64,000 bases of DNA from Gekko japonicus (Eukaryota), in assembly GCF_001447785.1 (NCBI RefSeq), contig NW_015176566.1, forward strand, positions 1-64,000. Reading direction: 5' to 3'. The notes below the pieces were generated by a model. That model searched no databases. It was given only the letters and a program-made list of their open reading frames with translations, and had not been told where the DNA came from. This document shows, one piece after another, positions 25,093 through 36,880 of the stretch. How positions within the stretch are numbered: the stretch's first letter is position 1; every line of letters begins with the position of its first letter. The position numbers were made by a program, and so were the translations under genes.

Positions 25093-25512
25093 TAGCATGG
25101 TATAGATCTGTTTAGGATTGTATGACTGTTATCTGAATGAAGTCCCCTTTATCTACTCTATACCGTACCAATAAGTGCTTTTCAGATTGAAATATACAAT
25201 ATTCACCATTAAACAGGCAAGCAAACAGAGAGAAACAACAATAATACAGGGCATGCTTTGAAAGCCTGTACTATGGAATCTCAAACTGAAAAAGAAGTTT
25301 GGAGAAAATTTGAATATAATTTTAATTAAGAGTTTTTCAATTTTACAATATCTAGAAGTCCATACAAAAACTACTCATAGTTAGCTGATATAAGATGACA
25401 ACGAAAGATCCATTGCAATAAAGAGTGACAGAAAGAGAAAATTATCTGGGAAGATTTGGCAGAGATGCATGTAGGAAAATCCAGAATTATGCTACCTCTG
25501 CTCTCCATGAAA

Positions 25513-26281
25513 CTAGATTCAGGTAGGTAGCTGTGTTGGTGTGAAGCAGCAGAACAACGTTTTAGTCCAGTGGCACCTTTAAGACCAACAAAATTTTATT
25601 CTGGGTATAAGCATTTGTGTGCATGCACACTTCTTCAGATTCACTGCAACAGAAGTTACCAATCATTACACATATGTAGAGGGTAGGGAGGGTGTTGCCA
25701 AGAGGGGCTAATTCCAGACAAGATCCATAAGTAACTGAGTGATAAATACAGCCAAGACTGGATGAAAGCAATTGGTAAGACCTGTGAAGAGCAGTAAATT
25801 AGCATACAACATAATACAAGAGTTCACAAACAGATGCGAGGACTGAATGACATTAGCATGTGAAGTGAGATAAGAAACAAATATCTCTGTTAAGACTTCA
25901 GGCTTCCATTGTCCTGTGTGTGGTAGTAACTTGTAACTCAGCAACTTCCCATTCTAGTCTGTTTCTGAAATTCCTTTGCAATAAAAAAGTTAATTTGAGG
26001 TCCCCCTTAGAATGCCCTGGAAGTTTGAAGTGTTCTATATGTCTCTCAGCTTTGTGATTCTCAATATCAGATTTGTGTCCATTTATCCTTTGATGTGGGG
26101 TTTGACCTGTTTGCCCTATGCAGTAAACTGAAGGGCTATTAACAGGTCTTGCCAATTCCTCTCATCCAATCTTAGTAATTTATGCATCTTGACTGGAATA
26201 AGCCCTTCCTGTCAAAACCCTCCCCACCCTCTACCTATGTGTTATTGTTGGTGACTTCTGTTTCAGGGTATCTGAAGAAGT
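25513..26281 (-). mobile_element. Penelope-like element (GIY-YIG endonuclease fragment, pLTR, inverted partial pLTR)
   Basis: ORF 25898-26155 reads CIGQTGQT..QRINGHKSDI...HF..PGHS..DL. 26170-26281 is an inverted copy of 25625-25720. Confidence 0.85.
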
Positions 26282-26282
26282 A

Positions 26283-26675
26283 TTTGTTGTTGTTCAGTTG
26301 CACAGTCGAGTCCGACTCTACGGGACCCCATGGACCAGATCCCGCCAGGCCTTCCTGTCTTCCGCCGTCCTCTGAAGTTGGCTCAGTTTCATGTTCGCTG
26401 CATCTATGACACTGTCTAACCATCTCATCCTTTGCCGTCCCCGTCTTCTTTGGCCTTCAATCTTTCCCAGCATCAGGGTCTTCTCCAGTGAGTGCTCCCT
26501 TCTCATTTGGTGGCCAAAGTATTTGAGCTTCAGTTTCATTATCTGGCCTTCCAGGGAACAGTCAGGGTTGATTTCTTTTAGGATTGACTGATTTGATCTT
26601 CTTGCAGTCCAAGGGACTCTCAAGAGTCTCCTCCAGCACCATAGTTCAAAAGAATCTATTCTTCGGCACTCGGCC
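26283..26675 (-). mobile_element. RTE-BovB 3' end
   Basis: RVPWTARRSNQSILKEINPDCSLEGQ..KLKLKYFGH..RR..SLEKTLMLGKIEG.RRRGRQRMRWLD; (CAA)n tail. Confidence 0.95.
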
Positions 26676-27058
26676 TAACACCAAAAAAAGATGTCCTTAT
26701 TATCATAGGAGACTGGAATGCTAAAGCAGGAAGTCAAAAGTTAATCAGAATAATGTACAGGTTTAACCTTGGAGAACAAAATGAAGCCAGTCAAAGGCTA
26801 ACAGAATTTTGTCAAGAGAATGAACTGGTCATAGCAAGCACCCTCTTCCAACAACCTAAGAGGCAACTTTACACATGGACATCTGATGGGCAACAACAAA
26901 ATCAGATTGCTTATATAATTTGCAGTCAAAGATGGAGAAACTCTATACAGTCAGTACAAACAAGACCTGGAGCTGACTGTGGCTCAGATCATGAGGTACT
27001 AATTGCAAATTCAGGCTTAAACTAAATAATTTGGGAGAACCACTAGGCCATTCAGGTT
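26676..27058 (+). mobile_element. RTE-BovB endonuclease-domain fragment, inverted relative to the adjacent 3' end
   Basis: GDWNAK...LFQQPKRQLYTWTS...TRPGADCGSDHE, an APE endonuclease signature. Confidence 0.9.
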
Positions 27059-29784
27059 TAGTAGCCTTGCCATGCCGCATCTGTCTCCTTCCTGTTTTTG
27101 CCGTTATGTTGTAATAATTAATAAAGTGGCCCGTTAGTACCCAATATTGTTGTCTGCCTCGTTATTCCGGCTTGGGGGGCAAAGAAGGGAAAATGATAAA
27201 AGAAATGAAGTACATAATCATTTAGTCAATGAGGATTATTAAGAATGCAAATTTAATAATAATATTACAGTACGCATTGATACGTGACTACCACGTTCAA
27301 AGTAAGACCAAATTTTCTCTCACTAATCCTTTATAATACATATTTAAATTAGACATGTTTCAACATACTGCATTGGGAGTGAGGCTCAGAAATAACAGCT
27401 AGACTGAAACCATACTGTGAGTTCACAGTGAGAGAAGATTTGAGGCAGGGGCTTCCTTCGTATCCCACACTCTTACTTACTATGCTATAACCATTTGACT
27501 AATTTTCCTTCCTCTGGACATCTGTTGATTGTCAGTCCTTCCCAATGCCCATTTGCAGTCTGTTGATTGCTAGTCAGAAAGGATCCTCAGAGAAAGTAAA
27601 AATGTCTTCACCTAGACAGGATAATCTTAAATTTCTGCCGTTTTAGTTAGATTATAATCTTTCCTTTCTTTCACTGAATGAAAGAAAAACAACCAAATTC
27701 CCTTCAGTAAGTAGGAATAATATTGAAAATGGACTTTGTAATATGGCTCCAGGAAAATGGCAACCAAACAATAACGTTTCATGAAATACTTTAATAAGTT
27801 ACTTACCTTTTTAAAATTTTGAATGACTGGAAATTTCACTGTTGTGCTTCCTTTTTGCCTCTCACATATGACTGGAGAACCAGGAATGCAAAGAAATGTG
27901 TTTGGAAGCAATGGTATCGCTTTAGGACATAAAAGCAGGTTATGTGGATCTGCAGCTGTGTCACTGAGAGCTGTGACTCAAGGTGTTGTTTCAGAGAATG
28001 TTGTGAAGCACATGATGGAGCTTCCTGCACCTCTACCAAAGTGACAGAATGGTGGGAAATATAATCCCTTCCACTTCCCATCTCAATTCTCACTGGGAGC
28101 TTTGGTTTCCACAGAGGACCGATACTCTAATAAGATCTCCCCTGACTCCGATAATTAGGTTGGAAAAACCTTTGTGAGGGAGGGGGAGCAGATATTCCTA
28201 TGCGTAACTTTTTAGTTGTGCAGATTCCATGTTGTAATTTTTTTTCTGGCCAAAAAGGAGCAAGGAATTCCACAAATTGGGATGTCATGAAAGCATGCCT
28301 GGTTGAGGAGGTCCCTAATCACACACTGAGTCAGGTCCAACCAGTACGGTTGCCAAAAAGCAGGGCTGCCAGCCTTCAGGTGGGGCCTTGAGATCTTAAG
28401 ATCACAGAGATCAGCTCCCTTCAGAATAGGGTTACTCTGGAGGATGAAATCTATGGCGTGATACTTTGTTTAGGTCCTTCCCCTCCCTAAATCCCACACT
28501 CACCAGGCTCTACCCCAAACCCAGAGTTAGCAACCCTACCAAAAAGCCACATGAAGTGTGGACTGTAATAAGGAGGAGAATGTGTCAGGACTGAGCAAAA
28601 AAAAAGCTGGCTGGATCCAGCCCATGATATCACTGGTTTAGTGGAGGTAAGTGAGTGTGCCATTGGGGGAAGTCCTGTAACTCAGTAGTAGAGCACCTCC
28701 TTTGTATATGCAGAAGGCAACAAAGGCAAAGTGGTGCAATGGCCACCCTATGATTAGGAAGATCCAGTCCATATAAAGGTCCAATCAGTCTTGCATCTCT
28801 TGGTGATCTTGGGCCACTCACTATTTGTTCAGCCTTCATTCCTCTGCAGTGGCCGTAACTGTCACCACAATTTTCTTTTCATCACATCATCTGCTTTGAC
28901 CATATACATTATCTCATTTATTTGTTTGATGACCTATGGACCTAATTTTTTAGAAAAGCACCCTCTCAGTGGCATGGAATTGTTAAAAGATAATATTATT
29001 ATATAAAGTAATTCAAATGAAATCACAGAACTGCAGAGTTGGAAGAGACTGTTGGGATCCGTTGGGATGGATTGCAAAGAAAAGCAGGCTTTTAAAAAAA
29101 AAATGCTGCTTGTGTCATTGAGTCAGGGAGTTCATGGGTTAATTTTCCACTCAGTTCAAGAAATCCAAATATCTGGATCCAACCCATCAAGTTGTTGCTT
29201 GCTTAAGTCCATGCCTGCTTGCTGTAGTATTTTTGTTCACAAAAATTGTGAATATTTTTATTATTATTTCAATAAAACCATTCTAAGCAACAGTTTGCTT
29301 GTGACTGTTAAATAGTCTAATAATGAAGATGTATTTCTCTATGCAGTTTTGCATGGAACACCTGCCTATTTTAAAACTTCATGAAACCACAGCTGTCTTG
29401 TAGATGTTGCTTCTTACTTTCTTTTTCAGGGTCATTGTACTATAGTAGTATAGAGTATCAGATGAGAACCTGAGACAGCCTGGTTTGGATCCTCACTCTG
29501 TCCATTAAAGCCTGCTGAGTGACTTTAGACTCATCACAATCTCTCAGACTTAACCACCATACAATGTATTTCATTTTATTTAAGTTACTTCATTTACACA
29601 CCACTTTTCTCCCCAATGGGGAGAAAGTGGTTTCCAATTTTCTGCCCTTCATTGTATTTGTATGTCACACTTAGCTCAACTCTGCTGAGTAGGCAAAGGC
29701 AACTCCCAGTCCATGAAGGATGGGAATTGGACTTGAATTCTTCTGGAAAGTTCTACAAATTAAGACATTATTCCTGTTGGAAAA

Positions 29785-30452
29785 CAGGAGTGTTTAAGAA
29801 TGCAGTGGCCAGTCTGTTGCTGGGCCTTCTTATGTGGGAGCACTTCCAGCCTGTGCTAAAGTCTCTGTACTGGCTGCCAATAGCATTCCGGATTCACTTC
29901 AAGCAGCTGGTTTTGACATTTAAAGCTGTATATGATCAGGGGCCTGTCTAGCTGAGGAACTGCCTTTCCCCACATGCTCCCTAGAGAGCACTGCGATTAG
30001 GAACACAAAACCGCCTGGCCCTCCCTGTTCCTAAGGATGTCAGGTTGACTTTGACCGGGACCAGGGCATTCTCCCTGGCAGCACTGGCACACTGGAATGA
30101 GCTCCCTGGTGAGATCAGGACTCTGTGGGACCTTCAGCAGTTCCACAGGGCCATGAAAACAGAGTTTTTCCAACAGGCATTCCAGTAGGATCAGCACCAT
30201 ATTGTCTGGACCTGTGCCATTTGGCCAGTTGAATTAATCTAAAAGTGGCTGCATCATGAAAGATGCTTTGAATGCACTTTGTCATCCTGTGCCACCAATG
30301 AAATACAAATGGTTTTAAATTGTACTTATATCAAAATGAAATTATGTTTTGTATTGGAATGTATACTGGTTTTACTGGTTTTATGTAAGCCTTGGCGTGA
30401 GGGCGGGATAAAAGTTAAATGAATGAATGAATGAATGAATGAATGAATGAAT
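29785..30452 (+). mobile_element. L2 LINE 3' fragment with (GAAT)n tail
   Basis: NAVASLL...LKSLYWLPIAFRIHFKQLVLTFKA is typical of the L2 ORF2 end. Absent at the paralogous site ~40990. Confidence 0.85.
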
Positions 30453-30721
30453 GTTTTACTGTATTTAAAATACAATGAACAATGACCACAAATTCAAAAG
30501 TTGGCAAATTGTAAGTTAAGAGGGGAGGGGGATGCTTTGAATTTCCCCCCCTTCTTGTTTGCTCATGTCTACTACAAAACAATTAAACTTGATGAAGAAT
30601 CTGTTCTTTTGATTAGCATCATTATATGTTAAGGCTTGGAAGAATATCATTGTTCCTCTCTGATGATATTATATCTTAAAAATTAAACAGATAACTTTGA
30701 AGGCCTTTTTGGCATTACTAC

Positions 30722-33270
30722 CAGGGCCGGTTCTTCCATAAGGCAGAGTTAGGCAGCTGAAAGAGAGAGAGAGGGAGGGAGGTGTGATCCGTTGGCCCTG
30801 GCCGAGATCTGGTCACAGAAGAACGGGCTCTTCCCTGCCATTCCCAGCTCTGGGGAGGGGGGAGGATCTGGAAAAGTGGTGCCTGGTGCAGCAGAACAAC
30901 CACAAAAAGTGTGGAATGCAAACTTTGGATGAGCCCTCCTCCTGGCCTCAGCCCATGGCTCCCTTTAACTCCTAATGGCCAGCAACGCTATCTCCCTTGA
31001 ACTCCTAATGATCAGGTGTGAGGGTTCCCCCCCATGCCCTGGAAGGCTCCCTTTAACTCCTAATGGCCTACTGTGCCCCTCGCACTTGATCTCTGAAATC
31101 AGCAGGGGCACAGGAAGCGTCCCTTTCTCCTGTCCAGCCTCGCCCCATACCATTGATTTCCAAGTGCCTCTGCTGCTGGAGATTTTGTGCAAGGACCTTG
31201 AAGGCTGCCTTTAAATCCTCCTGGCCCGCAGCACCCCTCAGGATTGATCTCCAAGCTGCTTTGCTGCTGAGAGATAAGGTGTGAGGGGTTTCCCCATTCC
31301 CCCAGGCTCTGGAAAGGCTTCCTTTGAATCCTAATGGCCATCAGCACTGGTGCCCCTCACATCTGATCTCCAAGCATGAGGCCCCCCTCCCCCAGGACCT
31401 GGAAGTCTTCATTTGAATTGTAATAGCCCCCTCATGAAGGGCTTCTTTCCACTGAGGTACTGGAAGGGTCCCTTTAAGTCCTTCTGCATACTCGGCCCCT
31501 CAGGTGCTAGAAGGTTTTTTGCACTGAGCACAGGAATTGGATCTCTAAGCAGCTACCTGTCGAAGAGCTGTTCGGAGTTCAGGTGTGCTGTTGGCAGCTG
31601 CGGAGCCACCCCTGTCCCTTATCTCTTCAGGATTTAAGGGGACCCCCACAGATTCAGTAGGGCATGGATCAGCTGGAGGGCCCTTTAAATCTCTAAGGAG
31701 GGAAGCGAGAGGGTTGAGTGCAGGCAGTTGGGCTTAGGGCTGGGGTTTCAGGTGTTCAAAGGGTGCAGACCTTGCTTGAGTCAGCTTGCTTCTCTCCTGT
31801 GTGCAGGGGTTCTGAGCCTGGCACCCCACTTCTCAAAGGTCAGGAAGACACCTGAATACCAGTCCTCCTGAGCTCAGTTTAGTGATAACAGCTTTGGTTG
31901 TCTCCTGGTGAAAACATAATTGTTGCTATTTTCTACTTGAGAAGCAGAGAGCATAGATCAGCAAGATATAAGACAGGTGGCCATGACCTGTTGTGAATGC
32001 TAGTTAATTTATTTTAGATTCTTATGCCCTACTTTTCTCCCAAATGGGGACCCAAAATGGCTTATAACATCATTCTCCCTTCCTTTATTTTATCTTCACA
32101 ACAGCAACCTGGTGAGGTAGTTAGGCTGAGAGAATGTCACTAGCCCAAAGGCACACAGTGAATTTCATGCTAGAGTAAATATTTGAACCCAAATTCTACT
32201 CTTGAGACACTAACCACTACCAAACTCTGCTTAAAATGGTACTCATTTAAAATACCTGGAGTGGGAGGTGGCTGCTGCTTAGAAGGTCAATATTTATTAT
32301 ATTGTGCTGTGGATTCTTAATCTGACTCATATTGTGCTCCAGATCTGTGATTACTATTTTTTAAGTACCCGTTAGGTACACTTTTATTACTTTTCATATT
32401 ATACACAAACCAACATACATACAACATATAACAAACATCCACTTACAAACATAACACTTACAAAGAGATCAGTATAACTCTATTACCATATTTAACAATT
32501 TTCTTAAATCACTTTCTATGGGTTTGCTTAAGTTTCTTTACACTCTTATCTTTTTACCATAGTTTCTAATTAACTAAATGAGATTAATAATACCAAAATT
32601 TACATTACTTTAAACTATGCATTTATGTTGTACCAGTCATACAGTTTTTCCACGTCTTTTGAAATGTTGGGTCTGTTGTCCCTCTCATCAACGATGACAA
32701 TTTGTCATTTTCAGCCGTCTCCAACATTTTATTCACATATTCTTGCTTCTTTGGTGCTTCCATTTGTTTCCAATATTTTGCATATAATATTATTGCTGCC
32801 GTAGATAGGTGTACTATCAAATATCTATCACCTTTATCAAAATCCCTTGGAAATATGTTTAGTAGTGATATTTCTGGCAAAAATTGTATTTTAGTTCTCA
32901 ATATCTCTTGCATCATCTCGTGGATCCATCTCCAGTATCTCTCTGTTACATTGCAAAGCCACCACATCTGTGATTACTATTAAACATAGTCAGTAAATAG
33001 ATGTGGGCCATAATCCAAAGAAGTCATTTGCATATGAGTAAAAAGAAAATATCATCAATCTGCACTTTTTCTGAATATTGTTCAGAATCCACTTCAGAAG
33101 AGCCAAGCTACTTCTTCTCACAATTAAAAAAAAAAAATAGCCATTTCAAATGTTGTGTTTTTCATTCTTCCTAAAATAAATTTAGGCTTAAAAATTGGTG
33201 GGCCCATGGGGGGTGGGGGTGGGAAAAAGTAGCCTCGCCTAGTGTGCAAAAAAACCTGACACCACCCCTG
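30722..33270. mobile_element. Large non-autonomous hAT element with nested SINE and L1 fragments
   Basis: Ends cagggccgg / ccacccctg; 8-bp TSD attactac / gttactac; empty site gttgctac at 41268-41275 in the paralog. Confidence 0.85.
32380..32980 (-). mobile_element. L1-clade LINE 3' fragment
   Basis: ORF 32623-32967 reads MWWLC...YW..IH..MQ.IL...AA..LYAKYWK. Confidence 0.75.
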
Positions 33271-33551
33271 GTTACTACAATTTCAGATGAAGAGAGCCTT
33301 GCTTCTCCCAGAGGATGGTAGTAGCTTCAACACAGCAAGAAAGATAAATTACCACCAAGGGAATTTATTTGCAGTTGGACTTTTTCATAGTAGTAGGCTC
33401 ACAATATGGCTCCTCTGTCATTTATATATGCCTTTCCAGCCAGAGGAGGACCCATTGTGACCTCTTTGGAACCCATCGTGGTCATTCAGGTCACGTTTTT
33501 TGTATAAAGAATCTGGTTTTTACTTGGGTTCATTGAACACTATATATTTAT

Positions 33552-33725
33552 CTCTCAGTTACTTATGCATCTTGATTGGAATTAGCCCTTCCTGCCAACA
33601 CCCTCCTCACCCCATGTGGAATGGTTGGTGACTTCTGTTTCAGGATATGTATGCAAACAAATCCTTATACCCAGAATAAAACTTTGTTGGTCTTAAACGT
33701 GCCACTGGACTCAAACTTTGTTCTA
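33552..33725 (+). mobile_element. Penelope pLTR fragment in the OR 3' flank
   Basis: Matches 26175-26270 and the reverse complement of 25560-25610. Confidence 0.75.
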
Positions 33726-33751
33726 CCTCTGCTGTATTATCATTGGCATCT

Positions 33752-34735
33752 CTAATGCATTATCCCACCTGAAACGCCACTTGATTTTGATGACAACATG
33801 CACTTCCCCCAGACTGCTTTCTGCAGAGCATCTTTGACCTCCTTGTTTCTCAAGCAGTAAATGATTGGGTTTAGCATGGGGGTGATCACAGTGTAGAACA
33901 TGGATATGACTTTGTTGAAGTCCACAGAGTTCACGGAGAAGTCGGATGTTGGACGCACATACATGAACATCAGGGTGCTGTAGAAAATAGTCACAACAGC
34001 CAGATGGGACCCACAAGTTGAGAAGGCTTTTTGACGCCCAGAAGAGGAAGGGATTTTCAAAACAGTGATTATTATGAGAATGTAAGATACCAGTATGAGG
34101 AGGAAGGAACTGACGATGACACTGGTTGCCACAATGAAATTGGACAGTTCGGCTTCATGGGGTTGAATGCAAGAGAGTTTCAATAAAGGGGGTACATCAC
34201 AAAAGAAATGATCAATTTCATTGGGCCCACAAAATGGAAGTCGACATAGTGAGATTAGTGGTGGAATGTTAATTATGAAAGCAACAACCCATGCACACAC
34301 CGCCAAATGAAAGCAAACTTTGTTATTCATGAGAGTTGGATAGCGCAGAGGGTTGCATATGGCTAAGTAGCGATCGTATGCCATGATTGCCAGAATGAAA
34401 CATTCTGCTGTACCAAATGTGATAAAAAAATAGAGTTGGGTAATGCAGCCAGTGTATGTGATAGTTTGGTCTTTACCTAGGAAGACTTCTAGCATCTTGG
34501 GAACAATATTAGAGGTGTACCATATCTCTAGGAAGGAGAAGTTGCTGAGGAAGAAGTACATTGGAGTGTGGAGACGTTGGTCAATGTGTACTATGGTGAT
34601 AATGATGAGGTGTCCACACAGGGTCAAAATATAGACCACCAACCCACCAAAAAAGAGGAGAAGCTGAAGTTTCTTCAGAGCTGGGAAGCCCAAGATGATG
34701 AAGTGGGCTACGGTTGTTCTATTACCAGTGACCAT
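33752..34735 (-). CDS. Olfactory receptor, class II (family 6/11-like), intact (327 aa)
   Basis: GNRT, LHTPMYFFLSNFSFLEIWYT, MAYDRYLAICNPLRY, HFFCD, KAFSTCGSHL, PMLNPIIYCLRNKEV; acceptor cttttccatAG at 34754-34755. Confidence 0.97.
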   Translation of the reverse strand: MVTGNRTTVAHFIILGFPALKKLQLLLFFGGLVVYILTLCGHLIIITIVHIDQRLHTPMYFFLSNFSFLEIWYTSNIVPKMLEVFLGKDQTITYTGCITQLYFFITFGTAECFILAIMAYDRYLAICNPLRYPTLMNNKVCFHLAVCAWVVAFIINIPPLISLCRLPFCGPNEIDHFFCDVPPLLKLSCIQPHEAELSNFIVATSVIVSSFLLILVSYILIIITVLKIPSSSGRQKAFSTCGSHLAVVTIFYSTLMFMYVRPTSDFSVNSVDFNKVISMFYTVITPMLNPIIYCLRNKEVKDALQKAVWGKCMLSSKSSGVSGGIMH

Positions 34736-35834
34736 GCTGACATAATTTCTAGTCTATGGAAAAGAAGGATTTCAAATATTTAATAACAAATACAATACTG
34801 GTCATTATGACCAATAAAATAAGCTTAAATGATATAGCACAGTTTATCTGATATGTTTTATTATGCCTTTTCTCCAAGGAGGTCAGTTTGACATATTTAG
34901 TTCTTCCCATTCCTGTTTTATCCTCAAAGCAACTATATGAAATAGATTTAAGCTGAGTGAGAGTGACTGGCTGAAGGGCTAGGGGAGGGAAACAAAGTTT
35001 TTGTATTCAAGTTTATTCTGGGGATCTCCAGTTGAAGGAACTCAGGTGTTCGGATAGGGCCAACTCTGCCTGATACTGGGGAACTGCTGCTGGTGAGAGG
35101 AGATAATAATAATAAGCTCAGTATTATCAGGATAAGACAGTTCTATATGTACATATTCTGTATCAAGTGAGCTTCAAGGGATAATGGGGACTTAAGCCCT
35201 GCCCAAAGCACTAACCACCACACTATGGTGGCTGTTGGCCTATGACCTTTGAAATAAGTTTATGGAATTCTAGACAGCAGAGAACTGGATTGGGGAGGGG
35301 TTGATAAAATAATGAAGTACATAATCATTTAGTTGATGAAGATTACTGAGAATGCAAATTTAATAATAGTATTATAATATGCCCTAATACGTTACCACCA
35401 CATTCAAAGTAAGAACAAATGTTCTCTCAACAATTTTTAAATTAGACATGTTTCAACATACTGCAGATGGGCATTGGGAGTGAGGCTCAGATATAATGGC
35501 TAGACTGATACTATACTGTGACTTCACAGTGAGAGAAGATTTGAGGAAGGGGCTTCCTTCATATCCCACACTCTTACATACTGTGCTATACAACCATTTG
35601 ATTAATTTTTCTTCCTCTGGACATCTGTTGAATGCTATTCAAAAAGTATCCTCAGAGAAAGCAAGAGTGTGTCCACTTAGAAAGGTCCTTCCCAAATTTC
35701 TGTCATTCTAGGTAGAGTATACCCTTTCCTTTCTTTCACTGAGTGAAAAAACAAACAAATTCCCCTCAGCAAGTAGAATAATATTGAGAATGGACTTTGC
35801 AATGTGGCTCCAGGAAATGGCTGCCAAACATTAT

Positions 35835-36880
35835 AACACTCAATCAGTCAAATATTTAATACGGTCAAAGACCCATCAAATAATCACCAAAGTCTTTAAA
35901 ACAGATAGGATATATAATTCAGCCCTTATAAAATTTTAAGCATAACATTAAACTAGGCATTCCCATTTAAAAATTGTTGACTATATCTTATGGCCTACAC
36001 AGCAAATGTTGCCACCATTAAAGTAATTTCTTGATTCCTCTTGGCTAAAAGTTTGTCTAAATAAAATTTAATATTTCTCTCCAGGAATTGGAGGCAAACA
36101 GGCACTAAATGAACAGAACAAAAGTTCTGGTAAAGTTTACATTCAGAAAGAACATGTTCCCTCGATTTCCATACATATTCTTCATAGGAATGCCTTTTGT
36201 ATATACCCTCTGTAACCGCTGAAGGGAGCATATTTATTCTCATAAGAGTAAAAGCTCTTCTATACTCAGCTTTATCTAAATTATGTAGGTATGCCATCAG
36301 TGATATTTGATTCAATATCTCTATACCTGGAAGACAGCAATTAATCTGAGACAGATTGTGCTGTCTTTCAATATCCAGGATTCTTTGTTTAAGAAAAGGT
36401 TTAACAGAACTATATTCCTGCTGCATAATAAACTACTTAGAGAGCCCATAATAACCCAATTTGAGCTCAACTTCCTTGATCCATTAAGGTGTCATAGAGT
36501 ATCTCAATATCAAGCTTGGTGGGCTTGGACACTAATTTGAACCAATATAGGATAGCAGCAATCCATAATCTTTAGGGTAACCATGCCAGTTTCCACCCAA
36601 ATGAGTGCATTTGAAACACTAGACAGGACCTATAGGATATGACATAAAAACTTGAACTTTTTCAAATGCCTGCCAATAAGTTTGATATGAAGATATGCTC
36701 AAAGGAGCCCAATACAGTAATTGGGCAAGAGGTTAGGATTAAAGATCCAAACTGCTGCACCTACGTTCCATCCCCCTGAGTTCTAGTAGAATTTCTCAAT
36801 TGCACCCACACTTTTTGTCACACATGAAGTAACATAATCCACATGCACCTTTCTGGAACCTGAGGACTGGAAAACTGAAA
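35835..36880 (-). mobile_element. Non-LTR retrotransposon 3' fragment (RTE-X-like)
   Basis: ORF 35995-36426 reads KQRILDIERQ...YRRAFTL.R.N.LPSAV.EG.Y...EHVL..C.LY. Absent from unit A. Clade assignment is from memory. Confidence 0.65.

Larger units (their letters stand above)
27185..33540 (+). repeat. Segmental duplication unit A (paralog of 35300-41540)
   Basis: Colinear blocks: 27185-27780 ~ 35300-35830; 27790-28825 ~ 36883-37920; 28230-29050 ~ 37932-39150; 29200-29785 ~ 40430-40990; 30450-30715 ~ 40995-41250; 33271-33540 ~ 41268-41537. Confidence 0.92.

Noticed and set aside
27836-28093. 85-aa ORF nearly identical to 36929-37186
   Set aside because: Identity reflects the young duplicated tract; non-ATG start and no protein signature.
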